This document shows positions 39,304-49,451 of a stretch of 64,000 nucleotides of DNA, in pieces. The notes under the pieces were generated by a model. It did no database searches, was not told where the DNA came from, and was given only the letters and a program-made list of their open reading frames with translations. The DNA is from a virus. The DNA is taken from the IMG/VR virus record IMGVR_UViG_3300042898_006838, positions 32,001-96,000 of that record; one strand, 5' to 3'. Positions within the stretch are counted from its first letter, which is position 1. Every line of letters starts with the position of its first letter. The position numbers and the translations under genes are program-made.

Positions 39304-39314
39304 CTGTTATGCCC
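39304..39314 (-). promoter_or_regulatory. Island promoter-like motif, copy 3 (GGGCATAACAG; upstream box degenerate)
   Basis: 11-nt identity to the downstream half of copies 2 and 4. Confidence 0.6.
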
Positions 39315-40796
39315 TCAGCCGCCACCGTATTCCGGGACCGCGGACATGAACTGCTTGTTCAGATCGCTCTTCTCCCGACGACGCTCGTCGATCCATTGGT
39401 CAGGGCTCATCGGCGGCTTGGTCCTGAAGACCTTGTTGACCAGGGACTTGTTGTGAGCGGTCATGTAGCGCCGGACCTCTACGTTCCTCTCGTCCTCGGG
39501 AAGGTGGGCGTGACTGCGGAATCTGGCACTGCGGCCCACGGCCTGGTTGCCGCGTTCCGGGTTCCAGTGCTCTTCGGTCAGCTGCACCATCCGCACGCCC
39601 TTGAGATCCAGGCCCTCGCCGCCGGCGGGACTGAGGCCGAGAACACGCAGGCGTCCGGCGTTGAAGTCAGCCACCATCTGCCGGCGCTGAGCGTCGTTGA
39701 GGCTGCCGGTGAAGGCCGCGGACGGGATCTTTCGCCTGTTGAGCTCGTCGATCAGCGGCTGGACTCCGCTCTCGATGAAGTTGCTGTAGATCACGGTCTT
39801 GAAGGCCTTGTTGCCCGCAGACTGGCTGACGATGTCGTCGAGCATGGCCTTGAACTTCGGAGACTCCATGGCCTTGGTGGTGTAGAGGCTGGGGTTGTTG
39901 CTGATCTGGCGAGCCGCGGCCATGAAGCTGTTCATGTTCTTCAGGTCCTTCTTGCTCGGCGGCAGGTTGTTCTTGAGCTTGTAGGCCAGGACCGGATTCT
40001 TCGAGCTCAGAGCCTTCATCATCTGCTCTTGGCCCGGTGACATGGGCACGGTCACCACCGACTCACTGACCGTCGGAAGCTCTCGCTGGTAGGCCTCGTT
40101 TCCCGAGAAGCGGTGGACGACTGGCGACAGCTTGGCGCCAAGCCCGGCCTTGTTCTTCAGGCTCTCTTCGACTCCAGGCTTAACGCCACTGAGCCGTCCC
40201 CAGAGACTGACTGGTATCTGCTTCTCGTCGATGTGCTGGCGCTTGAAGTCCTCGATGCTCTCGAACACGGGCTTGCCGGCAGCCAGGTTCACCAGCGGCA
40301 CGATCTCCTCGGGCCGGTTGTTTATCATGCTGCCGGTGAGGCCGAGCATGAACTTCACCTTGCCGCGCACTTTGTCGAAGGCTTCGCGGGGCCCGGGGTT
40401 GCGTAGACGGTGGAACTCGTCGGCGATGATCGTCGTAGGCCGAGCCCGAGCAACCCAGCCCTCGGGATCGCGGCGAAACTCGTCGTAGCTGATGACCGTG
40501 TACGCGCCATGTCGCAGCGGGCTCACGTGATCTCGCAGCTGGCCCTGGAAGTTCTCACGCAATGCCGCCGGCGTCACGACCAGGACGTTGCCGCCCTTGG
40601 CCTCGGCGACGGCGATGGAGCCCAGGGTCTTGCCGCTACCCAGTCCCCAGTTCAGGACCATGCCCGATGACGTCGCCGAACGCGCCACGGCATCGGCCTG
40701 GTGCGGCTGCAGCTTGACGCTCGGGTTCAGGGCCGCGGTCTTGGTCAGCGCCGCCCGTGCTCGTGACGTGAACTCAGCAGCTGTCTTCGACGTCAT
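39315..40796 (-). CDS. SNF2-family (SF2) helicase/ATPase with a KTA-KTA N-terminal leader
   Basis: GLGSGKT, ADEFH, LTGS, GGEGLDL, WNP...QAVGRSAR. Confidence 0.9.
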   Translation of the reverse strand: MTSKTAAEFTSRARAALTKTAALNPSVKLQPHQADAVARSATSSGMVLNWGLGSGKTLGSIAVAEAKGGNVLVVTPAALRENFQGQLRDHVSPLRHGAYTVISYDEFRRDPEGWVARARPTTIIADEFHRLRNPGPREAFDKVRGKVKFMLGLTGSMINNRPEEIVPLVNLAAGKPVFESIEDFKRQHIDEKQIPVSLWGRLSGVKPGVEESLKNKAGLGAKLSPVVHRFSGNEAYQRELPTVSESVVTVPMSPGQEQMMKALSSKNPVLAYKLKNNLPPSKKDLKNMNSFMAAARQISNNPSLYTTKAMESPKFKAMLDDIVSQSAGNKAFKTVIYSNFIESGVQPLIDELNRRKIPSAAFTGSLNDAQRRQMVADFNAGRLRVLGLSPAGGEGLDLKGVRMVQLTEEHWNPERGNQAVGRSARFRSHAHLPEDERNVEVRRYMTAHNKSLVNKVFRTKPPMSPDQWIDERRREKSDLNKQFMSAVPEYGGG

Positions 40797-40808
40797 GACC
40801 AGACTCCG

Positions 40809-41147
40809 TCATCCAAAGGCTTGTGCGACCGGGGCGACGGTCGACATGACCTTGCCTAGTCTCTGCTTCAACGGACTGCCGCTGGCTACCCCGCCCTTGG
40901 CCAGAGCTCTGCCACCAGTGCCCATGAGGCTTGATACGCCGCCGGCCACGGCTCCGGAGAAGCCTCCGACGCTGCCGCTTTGAGCCGCTGCCACCGCCGG
41001 CGCGATGTGACGGTTGATGAGCGGTTGAGCGCGCGTCAACACGTTCTTGGCCCCGGAGATCATGGGGGCGAATGACATCGCCTCCTTGTCCTCCATCGCC
41101 ACCTTCATCATCCCGGCCCGGGCCCCGGCTTCAAACGCGCTATTCAT
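40809..41147 (-). CDS. Small basic Gly-rich protein with an AFEAG..KVA leader
   Basis: AAGGAG RBS; MNSAFEAGARAGMMKVA-MEDKEA-. Confidence 0.7.
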   Translation of the reverse strand: MNSAFEAGARAGMMKVAMEDKEAMSFAPMISGAKNVLTRAQPLINRHIAPAVAAAQSGSVGGFSGAVAGGVSSLMGTGGRALAKGGVASGSPLKQRLGKVMSTVAPVAQAFG

Positions 41148-42000
41148 TTCCGCTCTCCTTGACAGACACGCTGTCGACTTCGGTTCCGGTTCCAGAGGTG
41201 TCCTCAGCGTACTGCCTGTGCAGGTCGGCGAGCGTGGGCACTGGGTTGTCTGGGTACTCCAGCATCGGCTTCAGGCTCATGTCCGTTCCCGCTCCCTTGC
41301 CGCGTGCCTTGGCGATGGCGCTGAGTTGTTTCTGAGCCGTCCCCGTCTTCAGGACCATGGACGCGAAGCTCAGGGCCTGGCGCTGGCTGTCGACGTCCGG
41401 ACGCGAACTCAGGTTCTTGAACCGGAAGTAGCTGTCGACGCTGATACTGCGGACCATGTCCTCGACCGGGAGCTGGGTCTCGTCTGGGATGATACCCTCC
41501 GCCCATGCCGCGTAAGCCGGCCTCTGCGTCAATGGCACGGCCGACGGCGGCGGGTCAGGCTTCCTCTTGCCGCCGCGTCGGAAGTAGTTTGTGAAGTCCA
41601 CGGCCGTAAGCGTGGTCGTGTCCCAGAACCCGTCCCTGAACATCTCCACGCCACGACGCGTGACCTCGCGTCCAAACTTCAGGCCCAGGATCGTGGACAC
41701 GGCGTCTGGGTCCACGCGATCCAGGAGCAGATGCTCGGCACAGGATCTGACGGCAGCCGTCTCCACGATCCAGAACATGTGCAGCGTCGAAGAGCTGTCT
41801 CCGTCGAAGAACGACAGACCCAGTGACTCACGAAGATCGGCCGTGAACAAACGACCACGGAACCCGTCCCGAATCGCATCCACGTCTGCGGCTTCAGGCG
41901 GGACGTACTCCAGGTCGCTGAGGTTTGAGATCACGTCGTCCGTGTTCTCTCCGCTCAGCACCAGGTACGTCAGGTACCGGTGGTACGGGTATCGGCTCAC
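41140..42000 (-). CDS. Hypothetical protein (small terminase candidate, unproven)
   Basis: Coherent 286-aa ORF within the operon; function not recognised. Confidence 0.6.
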   Translation of the reverse strand: MSRYPYHRYLTYLVLSGENTDDVISNLSDLEYVPPEAADVDAIRDGFRGRLFTADLRESLGLSFFDGDSSSTLHMFWIVETAAVRSCAEHLLLDRVDPDAVSTILGLKFGREVTRRGVEMFRDGFWDTTTLTAVDFTNYFRRGGKRKPDPPPSAVPLTQRPAYAAWAEGIIPDETQLPVEDMVRSISVDSYFRFKNLSSRPDVDSQRQALSFASMVLKTGTAQKQLSAIAKARGKGAGTDMSLKPMLEYPDNPVPTLADLHRQYAEDTSGTGTEVDSVSVKESGNE

Positions 42001-42002
42001 GT

Positions 42003-44525
42003 CTAAGCCGTCGCCGCCTGCTCTGCTCGATGGTCGAGAGCCGACTTGAGCACTCGCAGACGGTTGACGGTTTTTGACAGTCCCTCAAGAGCCTGGCGGA
42101 CAGGCTCTTCGGGAACGTGAGGCATGCCCAGGCGCACGGCCACGAGCATGGCCGCGACGCGGCTGGCGGTCTCGTCGAAGTCTTCGATGCTGTCCACGAA
42201 GTACTTCAGGTTCTGAGGTGTGATGAACTCCAGGCTCAACACCGCGTCCAACGTCTCCGGGACACTCGACGCCGCCGCGGCCTTGAACAGGGCCTCGCTG
42301 GGGCGGCAGGCGGCCGCGAAGTTGACTGTTGCCTGATCGTATTCTGGATCGGGGATGACGATGACCTCGAAGCCCTGACGCTGCGGCTCGTGAAGCCCGG
42401 CGATCTTGACACCGCGATCCAGGCCCTGACGGCGCTTGGCCTCGTCGAGAGCCCAGGCCGCCCCATCTCCGTCCATGCCCATGGCCACGAGCAGCTCGCG
42501 GGCATCCCACTCGCTCAGGTCCTGCCAGCTCGCGTTCTTGTTCTGTCCACCAAGCATCGACCCCGCCACGGCGCCGGCCGCCATGGGAGCGGCGATCATC
42601 GCCGCGCCAGGTGCGTAGTGCTTGGCCACGCGAGCCGCGCCGCCGAAGCCACCGCCGGCCGCGTTGTAGAGCTTCTTGGCGCCACGGCCGATCTGCCCAG
42701 GGTTCGTGGCCAGGGTCTTCACCTGGTTGAAGCCCGTGCGAGCCAGGCCGCCGAGGAACGCGGACTTCACCGTCCACAGCGCACCGTCGCTGGTGACGTG
42801 CGTCGACGATCGGTCGCTGCTCAGCTTCGTCAGCTGGTCGCTGGCCTCCGCTACCTCCAGCTTCGACGTCAACGGCACCCACTCCACGTCGCCAGGCGCG
42901 TAGTACACCACGCCATCGGACAGGGCCGAGATCTCGTTGTTGACCGTCGTCATCTGCTGGAAGCCCTGGACACCGGCAACGGGCACAAGTGTCACACTCT
43001 GTCCGCTCACCGAGTCACGGACGATGAACAGGGTATGGATGTGCCCGCCGCTGTCCGTCACCAGCCTGACGCCGGAGATGGTCATGGGCGTGGTGGGGAT
43101 GGGTGTGCCGTGGACGTAGCTGACGAACACGCCGTGTTGACCGGTCTTCGGTGGGCGGCTGGGCAGGCGAGGGCTCGTGGATACGCGGGTGCCGAAGAGT
43201 TCGGTGGCCACGGAGTACCTGCCGTCGAGAGCCACAAAGAGCTTCTTGGGCACGACCTGTCCGTCGATGGTCACCATCTGCCGGCAAACGTAGCCGGCGA
43301 CGGTGTCTCCGCGTCGCGTGTAGATCATGTGCGCGCCGTCGCTGGCGACTGGCAGGGCCCCGGATCCGCTATCAGGATCCCATGACGCGCGCTCGACGCC
43401 GTCGCTCTCCACGTACACGTCGCCGCTGCGGAGCTTGCGCATGACCTCTGGGTAGCGGTCGCCGAGGATGGACCTGAGCTCGTCGTCAGTTACGCGCTGC
43501 GACGGCCCGCCGCTGAACTTGATGTTGATGCCGCTTGGCGCCTCGAAGATCTGGACGATGTTCGGCTTGCGCACGGCCACGGACGAGCGTGTCTCCGGCT
43601 GCACGCGCGTGACCATGTCGATGACGGCCAGGTTGTTACCCGTGCCCTTGAGCAGGGCCGGGTTCGTGGCCAGCATCTTTCTGACGCTGGCCAGGTCATT
43701 GGGGTCGAAGGATCCGGTCTTCAACAGCCGAGCGGTGAAGCCGTTGTCGACGTCGTAGCTGCTCTTCTTGTAGAGAACGTCCTTGGTCTTGCCTACGAGA
43801 GCGCCGACAGTCGCGCCTTCGGCGGCTCCGATCAGTGCGCCCTTGCCGACGGCGGCAATGGTCTTGGCTCGGCTGCGACGAGGGTCGGCGGCTCGGGCGC
43901 CGGTCTCCTTCTCGACGGCCTGAGAGACGCGAGTAGGCGTTCGGAAGGCGGCCCCGACGATGGCGCTCTTGCCCGTGTCCGGAAGAGCCCTGAGCCTGGA
44001 CACCAGGCTGCTCTTCAGGCTCGAAGTCTTGGTCCCGTCATAGGGGCCGGCGAAGGGGCTGGCCTGGCCGCTGTACTCCAGGGGCGTGGCATCGCCGGTG
44101 ACGTCGCCGACGTACGGGTTGCCGCCGATGGCGCGGCTGGCGCCACCGCCTTCGGCCTCGCCAACGGCCGGGCTGTGGGTCACGGAGCGCACGGTCTCCG
44201 GGTCCAAGTACCGGTATCGTCCCTTGTGGAAGAACACGTCCAGGGGCGCGAGCTCCGGATCTGCTCCCGGCCGCGGCCGGGAGATGACCACGGGCACCGC
44301 CATCTCGCCCTCCAGGATCACGGAGCCGACAGCCGCTCCCTTGCTGGCGTCGAGGCGTCGAAGATCGATCTCAGCCGTCTCCAGAGGCAGGTACGGGTGC
44401 TGACTCTTAAGGTAGCGAATGATCTCCGACTGCCAGAGCTTGGGGTTGGCTGGGAGCTTGTATCCGGCGACCTTCTCGAAGGACTCGGGCTCAAAGTACA
44501 GTGGCTGTCTGGACATGGTCGTCAC
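42003..44525 (-). CDS. Large head-cluster protein with KxA/KxS-flanked basic inserts
   Basis: GAGG RBS; EKVAG, TKTSS, YKKSS, TKLSS, VKSA, NKNAS, VKIAG, FKAAA. Confidence 0.75.
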   Translation of the reverse strand: MTTMSRQPLYFEPESFEKVAGYKLPANPKLWQSEIIRYLKSQHPYLPLETAEIDLRRLDASKGAAVGSVILEGEMAVPVVISRPRPGADPELAPLDVFFHKGRYRYLDPETVRSVTHSPAVGEAEGGGASRAIGGNPYVGDVTGDATPLEYSGQASPFAGPYDGTKTSSLKSSLVSRLRALPDTGKSAIVGAAFRTPTRVSQAVEKETGARAADPRRSRAKTIAAVGKGALIGAAEGATVGALVGKTKDVLYKKSSYDVDNGFTARLLKTGSFDPNDLASVRKMLATNPALLKGTGNNLAVIDMVTRVQPETRSSVAVRKPNIVQIFEAPSGINIKFSGGPSQRVTDDELRSILGDRYPEVMRKLRSGDVYVESDGVERASWDPDSGSGALPVASDGAHMIYTRRGDTVAGYVCRQMVTIDGQVVPKKLFVALDGRYSVATELFGTRVSTSPRLPSRPPKTGQHGVFVSYVHGTPIPTTPMTISGVRLVTDSGGHIHTLFIVRDSVSGQSVTLVPVAGVQGFQQMTTVNNEISALSDGVVYYAPGDVEWVPLTSKLEVAEASDQLTKLSSDRSSTHVTSDGALWTVKSAFLGGLARTGFNQVKTLATNPGQIGRGAKKLYNAAGGGFGGAARVAKHYAPGAAMIAAPMAAGAVAGSMLGGQNKNASWQDLSEWDARELLVAMGMDGDGAAWALDEAKRRQGLDRGVKIAGLHEPQRQGFEVIVIPDPEYDQATVNFAAACRPSEALFKAAAASSVPETLDAVLSLEFITPQNLKYFVDSIEDFDETASRVAAMLVAVRLGMPHVPEEPVRQALEGLSKTVNRLRVLKSALDHRAEQAATA

Positions 44526-44561
44526 CTCGCAGGCTCATGCTATCTGGAAAAATCGTCGTCA

Positions 44562-45551
44562 TCAGCACTTTGTGATCTTGTCAACAATCTGCTGGACCAA
44601 CTCGATGATGGGGATAATGGGGTCAAGCGACGACCTCAGCTCGTTGAGTGTCGTGGCCACGTCGCTGAGGTTGCTGAAGTCTGGGATGGCGAATGGCAGA
44701 CCCGTCGTGGCCATGTCGTCGATCAGGGCCAGGAACTGCTCGCGCTGCTCGTCACTGGTCGGGCCGCCGGCGCCGCTGAGGTCTGGGAACGGAAGCAGGC
44801 CAAATCCTGTCGGCGGCAATCCGGCCATGAGCTTGGCCATGGTGGCCAGAGGCTTGGGCAGGGGGCGAGCGGCAATATCGGCGATGAGGCTGACGATGGA
44901 CATCAGCGGCACGAGATTGGTCAGCGGCCCGATCTTGGCCTCAAGCTGAGGCAGGCTGTTGTCCTGAGCGCACTGCAAGAGGATGTCGATGTGGGGGAAT
45001 CCGAAGTTTGCCGCCGGCAGATTTCCGAATGAGTCGACGAGGCTGTTGAACTGAGCCATGGCACAGTCACCGAACTGCAGGGCGGCGATGATCGTGTCCT
45101 TGATCGTGAACACGGCGCTGAGCTGAGGGATCAGGCCTCCCAACTTCAACGCCTCGCAGACGACGCCGGCGAGGCTGTTGATGAGGTTTGGGATAAGGCT
45201 GGCGAGATCAGGGATCTCCGGCTGGATGACCACGCCGTCGGCGTCAATTAGCGGATCTGGAGGGAATAGCAGTGTCAGCGGGTTGCCAGGAGCCACGATC
45301 ATGGACAGCGCTGACAGCAACTGCATGGTCTTGATGAGCACGTCCATCAACGCCATGACGAAGCCGATGATATCGAAGACGGGTTTGATGGCACCGAGTA
45401 CGGGCTGAACTCCGGAGAGCAGGCTCTGGAACGGGTCTATGCAGTTGGGGATACCCTGACCCTGACCGGACATGGAAGACAGGTCGAGGCCGCCAGGCAG
45501 CTTGATGCTGACGGAGAGAGCGATACCCGGGATTCTAATGCATGCGCCCAT
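44562..45551 (-). CDS. Hydrophobic helical hypothetical protein downstream of the spike gene
   Basis: 329 aa, rich in I/L/P. Confidence 0.65.
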   Translation of the reverse strand: MGACIRIPGIALSVSIKLPGGLDLSSMSGQGQGIPNCIDPFQSLLSGVQPVLGAIKPVFDIIGFVMALMDVLIKTMQLLSALSMIVAPGNPLTLLFPPDPLIDADGVVIQPEIPDLASLIPNLINSLAGVVCEALKLGGLIPQLSAVFTIKDTIIAALQFGDCAMAQFNSLVDSFGNLPAANFGFPHIDILLQCAQDNSLPQLEAKIGPLTNLVPLMSIVSLIADIAARPLPKPLATMAKLMAGLPPTGFGLLPFPDLSGAGGPTSDEQREQFLALIDDMATTGLPFAIPDFSNLSDVATTLNELRSSLDPIIPIIELVQQIVDKITKC

Positions 45552-45554
45552 GAC

Positions 45555-46364
45555 CTAAATCGGATCCTTCTCGCCGAGAACCGGCTTGCCTTTGATGACC
45601 ACGCTCGGGGCGTCGATGTTAACTCCCGCCAGGCCGATGATGTTGATCACGTCGCCCTCGACAAAGGTTTCTCCTGCGGCATTCACACGCAGCCTCAGCG
45701 GCGGGTGCTCTGGTTTCACGGCACTGTCTCTCGCCACTTCTAGCACCACCGGGTCGTTTCCGGTTGTGCCAATGCGGACGCGGACACGCATGCCAGGGGT
45801 ATCCGGGTCAGCCTTGACCCTGAACTCGGCGTCGTAGATCACATCCTCGCTGCCAACGTCTCTGGTCCAGTTCACGAAGCCGCCGGGACCAATCATCTCC
45901 CAGTTGTTGAAGAGGTGAGCGATGGTGCTGTTGATGGGGCTGTAGACGGTGCGGGCACTGTCGCCGCTGCCGATGAGCACGGTTCCGCCATGGAAGCAGA
46001 TGACTTTGGCCTCGTTGCCCTCCTCATCCAGGGTTCGCATGGCCAGGCTTCCTTCCGTCAGGTCGGCAAGGCGGCCGCCGAGCTCCAGACCAGCGCCCTT
46101 GGTCACCGGAGACTTGAAGCCGATGACCACGGAAAAGCGTCCACGGGCACCAAAACCGGCCCGGTCCGTGGCCAGGACCAGGCACTGGCTACCGACCCTG
46201 GGCACCATGTCAAAGCCACTGCCTCCGCTGCTGATGTAGGGCAGAAGGTAGCTGACGTTGGTGAACCTGGTGCCGCTGCGGCTGCTTTGTGCGTCGAGAA
46301 CTCGGTCCTTCGCCCGGACGCTGAGAACCGAGCACTCATATATTCTTGGCTGTTGACCCGGCAT
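45555..46364 (-). CDS. Baseplate central spike-like protein (gpV/gp5/gp45 type)
   Basis: AAGGAG RBS; OB-fold motif PRVGSQCLV; C-terminal repeating beta strands. Confidence 0.6.
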   Translation of the reverse strand: MPGQQPRIYECSVLSVRAKDRVLDAQSSRSGTRFTNVSYLLPYISSGGSGFDMVPRVGSQCLVLATDRAGFGARGRFSVVIGFKSPVTKGAGLELGGRLADLTEGSLAMRTLDEEGNEAKVICFHGGTVLIGSGDSARTVYSPINSTIAHLFNNWEMIGPGGFVNWTRDVGSEDVIYDAEFRVKADPDTPGMRVRVRIGTTGNDPVVLEVARDSAVKPEHPPLRLRVNAAGETFVEGDVINIIGLAGVNIDAPSVVIKGKPVLGEKDPI

Positions 46365-46409
46365 CTTGCTCCTTGCCCGTCCGCAAAACCAGCTGGTACG
46401 CTGCGCACC

Positions 46410-47342
46410 ATGCCCACCAATGTCTCCGGCTACAACAAGTTCGAGCTCGAATCCTTCGCCAAGCGCGCTGCTGATTCCTACCTCCGTGACGGGCGGGACA
46501 TGGACGACAGTATCACGTCTCTTGCGCGTGAGAACGGCTTCACTGGGCACCACGTGGATCGCGTGGCCCAAGCCGCCAACACCTTCGTCAACGGTGAGCT
46601 GGTCAAGCAGGCTCGGGCAGAGAAGCGAGACCTGAGGGTCACATTCAAGCTGGCCAGTGGCGAGGCTGTGAAAAAGCGCTTGTCCGGTAACGACGTCAGC
46701 GAGACACGGAAGGCCGCATCACTTCAAGACTCTTTCCGTGTCGAGAAGCGCGCCGTGGACAGGGGAGCTGTTCTCGACGGCGTCATCGGCAAGACGGCGC
46801 GCGACCCGATGGCAGCTCTCCCGCGCTCCGTCGACGGCCATGAGCTTGCTGCCACCTACGTGAAGAACGCGCAGGTCGCCAAGTCAGTGGCCGGCAGCGT
46901 CACCAGTGCCACTCTCGCCTGTGCCTGTCAGGACCTGGAGTCGATGAAGGAACAAGCCACCGGAGACATGTGGCGTGCAAAGCAGGCGGCTGAGAACGTG
47001 GAGTACGAGATCCGTGACCAGGTTCACGACCTCCTCCTCGATCATCACACACCAGCCACCCTCCGCTCCGTCATCGCCAACGGCGTAAAAGACGCCAAGC
47101 TCGCGGCCTACGTCGACGGCCTGGTGACAAAGGTCGCCGCCGAGCTGGAGGTTCGCGAAGGCAGGAGCCTTGTCACAGGACTCATGGTCGTCAACGACGA
47201 TCACCCGCTGCTGACCAAGGTCGCCGAGATCAGCTCCAAACTCGATCGCTGCCGGCAGGTCAATACCGGCCTCACGGCCTTCACGGCCGCGGCCGACGCC
47301 GCTCGCCTCGACTTCACACGCGCTGCTCGCGAGGGACGATGA
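46410..47342 (+). CDS. Head-cluster hypothetical protein with many KxA motifs
   Basis: ATG 7 nt after TACGCT with no RBS (possibly leaderless); AKRAA, FKLAS, RKAAS, GKTA, TKVAA. Confidence 0.7.
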   Translation: MPTNVSGYNKFELESFAKRAADSYLRDGRDMDDSITSLARENGFTGHHVDRVAQAANTFVNGELVKQARAEKRDLRVTFKLASGEAVKKRLSGNDVSETRKAASLQDSFRVEKRAVDRGAVLDGVIGKTARDPMAALPRSVDGHELAATYVKNAQVAKSVAGSVTSATLACACQDLESMKEQATGDMWRAKQAAENVEYEIRDQVHDLLLDHHTPATLRSVIANGVKDAKLAAYVDGLVTKVAAELEVREGRSLVTGLMVVNDDHPLLTKVAEISSKLDRCRQVNTGLTAFTAAADAARLDFTRAAREGR

Positions 47343-47938
47343 TGAACAAGAAATCAGGCCTTGGTTCGCTGATCATGCCCGGCATGGCTCTCGTCGACGC
47401 CGCCGAAAAGACCAAACAGTACAAGAAGATGCTGGATGTCCAGCAGGCGCCGCTGCCACCGAAGACCGCCGGAGCGAAGCAGATGCTGCGGTCATACCTG
47501 CACAAGAAAGCAAGCCTGAAGACCGAGGTCACAAAGGCCATGGCCGTCGGCGCCGGCCTCACCGCCGCCGGCGTCGGCATCGGCTTGGCGTCGAACGTCG
47601 TCGGCGACATGTACGTCAAGCTCCAGGCCGCGCGCATGTTCGCTGAGCTCAGCCGAAGGCACAGCGAAGTCCGAGGTAACAAGCGCGCTCGTGAGTACTT
47701 CGACCTGATCGTGGCCTATGCCCCCAGTCTTCTCCGCCATCCAAACGCCATCGGCGACTTCCTGCTGCGTCAGCTGCAGTACCCGATGTCCAGCGTCGAG
47801 TTCATCAAGCAGCTTGCCGATCTTGAGGCGACGGTGACGAAGACTGACCGCGGTTCGCTGGGCATGAACATCGGCGCTCAGGCCTCCGGCATGGCTTCGA
47901 ATGTGGCCGCATCCAGCTTCGTTGGCAAGAGGCGCTGA
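47339..47938 (+). CDS. Head-cluster protein with a Gly/Ala hydrophobic helix
   Basis: PKTAG, HKKAS, then AMAVGAGLTAAGVGIGLA. Confidence 0.7.
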   Translation: MMNKKSGLGSLIMPGMALVDAAEKTKQYKKMLDVQQAPLPPKTAGAKQMLRSYLHKKASLKTEVTKAMAVGAGLTAAGVGIGLASNVVGDMYVKLQAARMFAELSRRHSEVRGNKRAREYFDLIVAYAPSLLRHPNAIGDFLLRQLQYPMSSVEFIKQLADLEATVTKTDRGSLGMNIGAQASGMASNVAASSFVGKRR

Positions 47939-47939
47939 G

Positions 47940-49418
47940 ATGTGGAAAGTCATCGTCAACGAACCTGAGACCAAGTTTGGCCCGAGCTGGACATGGTTGG
48001 ACATGTCCAGCCGTCACTCCCTGCACAAGGTCGCCAGCACCGGCGTATTCGTGCCACCTGAACTGCAGGCAAAGATCGCTGAGATCCAGGGGCAGCTGCC
48101 GGGTGACAAGGTCGCGTTCTACAATCGGGCCCTGGGATCCTACGAGGCCTTCGGTCTGAACAGGAACGGCGACGGATTCGAGGCTGACTGGCTGCGAAGG
48201 AACCACGACACCTTCGTCAAGAACGGCCACTACTTCAAGCACCACCAGAACAAGGACCCGGCCCTGGGGCGAGGCCGTCCCGTCGCAAGCGCCTACAACG
48301 AGAAGACGGCGATGGTGGATCTGATCATCGTCGCCGACAGGGACAAGTGCGAGGAGCAGATCCAGGCCCTTGAACGTGGTCAGCGCGTGCCTACGTCGAT
48401 GGGAGCCAAGGTCGCCTTCGACGTCTGCACCATCTGCGAGAACCGGGCTCCGAACCGCGACTCGTACTGCGAGCACGTGAAGACCGCGGCCCTGGAGCCC
48501 TACGGCATGTCCCGCGTTCTCAGCGATGGCCGTGTCTGTGGCGTGTTGAATCCGAACCCAGGTTTCTTTGACATCAGCGACGTCATCGTCGGAGCCGCGG
48601 CCGAGAGCGAGACGCTGATGAAGGTCGCCGGCTACGGGAAGCTGTCGGGAGCAGACCTGGCCGTACTCACCGGCCTGTCGAAGATCGGCGACGAGAAGGG
48701 CGCAGCGATGTCCAAGCGCCTGCCCGGCGAGATCGACGCCGCCTACCACCCGCTGTCGTCGCGAGCAGAAGACTTCAGCAGCCGTGAGGTCGACATCCCG
48801 GATGCGGACATCGACCGCGTTCGCGAGCGCTCTGGCTTCGAAGGTGTGTTGCGGAACAGTGCGGCCCTGGGCATCGTGCTCAAGCCCAGCGAGTTCGCAA
48901 GAGCCGCGAAACTGAGCTCTTTCTCTGCGCCAACCCTGAAAGAGATTTTGCGCAGTGAATCTGCCCCAAAAAAGATTCTGACGGCGGCACTCGACGACGG
49001 CTCGCTTCAGATCCTGTCTCGCTTCTACGACCAACGCAGCAGCCAGCAGCCGGCCCTCATGAACAGGATCTCAAGCCCTGGTCAAAAAATCGCCTCACGT
49101 CTGGAAGGCGAAAACGCTGATGCCAAGCGCATGTACTGCGCGTACCGCCGATCTCTTCTTGACGTCGACAGCGAAGATACTCGCTGGTCCATGAAGTGTG
49201 CGGGAACGAGCGACCGGTACCGGACAGAAACAAGCCGCGCCTACACGCTTCACGTCTTCACCGAGCCTGAGATCAGGGAGAAAGTCCTTGACCGGATCAC
49301 GAAGGTTGCCGGACAATCACGCGGCACTGGATTCGGTCCCGTCAGCGGATCGATGGCAGATGAACTCGGTGTTGAAGTACTTGAACTTCTTGCGGTACAG
49401 TCTATCCAGACTTTTTGA
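47940..49418 (+). CDS. Prohead maturation protease (putative) with a zinc-binding insertion
   Basis: NRNGDGF, HH, TSMG (candidate catalytic Ser), CTIC..CEH, FFDIS; upstream of the scaffold and capsid genes. Confidence 0.75.
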   Translation: MWKVIVNEPETKFGPSWTWLDMSSRHSLHKVASTGVFVPPELQAKIAEIQGQLPGDKVAFYNRALGSYEAFGLNRNGDGFEADWLRRNHDTFVKNGHYFKHHQNKDPALGRGRPVASAYNEKTAMVDLIIVADRDKCEEQIQALERGQRVPTSMGAKVAFDVCTICENRAPNRDSYCEHVKTAALEPYGMSRVLSDGRVCGVLNPNPGFFDISDVIVGAAAESETLMKVAGYGKLSGADLAVLTGLSKIGDEKGAAMSKRLPGEIDAAYHPLSSRAEDFSSREVDIPDADIDRVRERSGFEGVLRNSAALGIVLKPSEFARAAKLSSFSAPTLKEILRSESAPKKILTAALDDGSLQILSRFYDQRSSQQPALMNRISSPGQKIASRLEGENADAKRMYCAYRRSLLDVDSEDTRWSMKCAGTSDRYRTETSRAYTLHVFTEPEIREKVLDRITKVAGQSRGTGFGPVSGSMADELGVEVLELLAVQSIQTF

Positions 49419-49451
49419 CCGCCGGACTTCGGAAAAAGAATGGGAGCAAAC

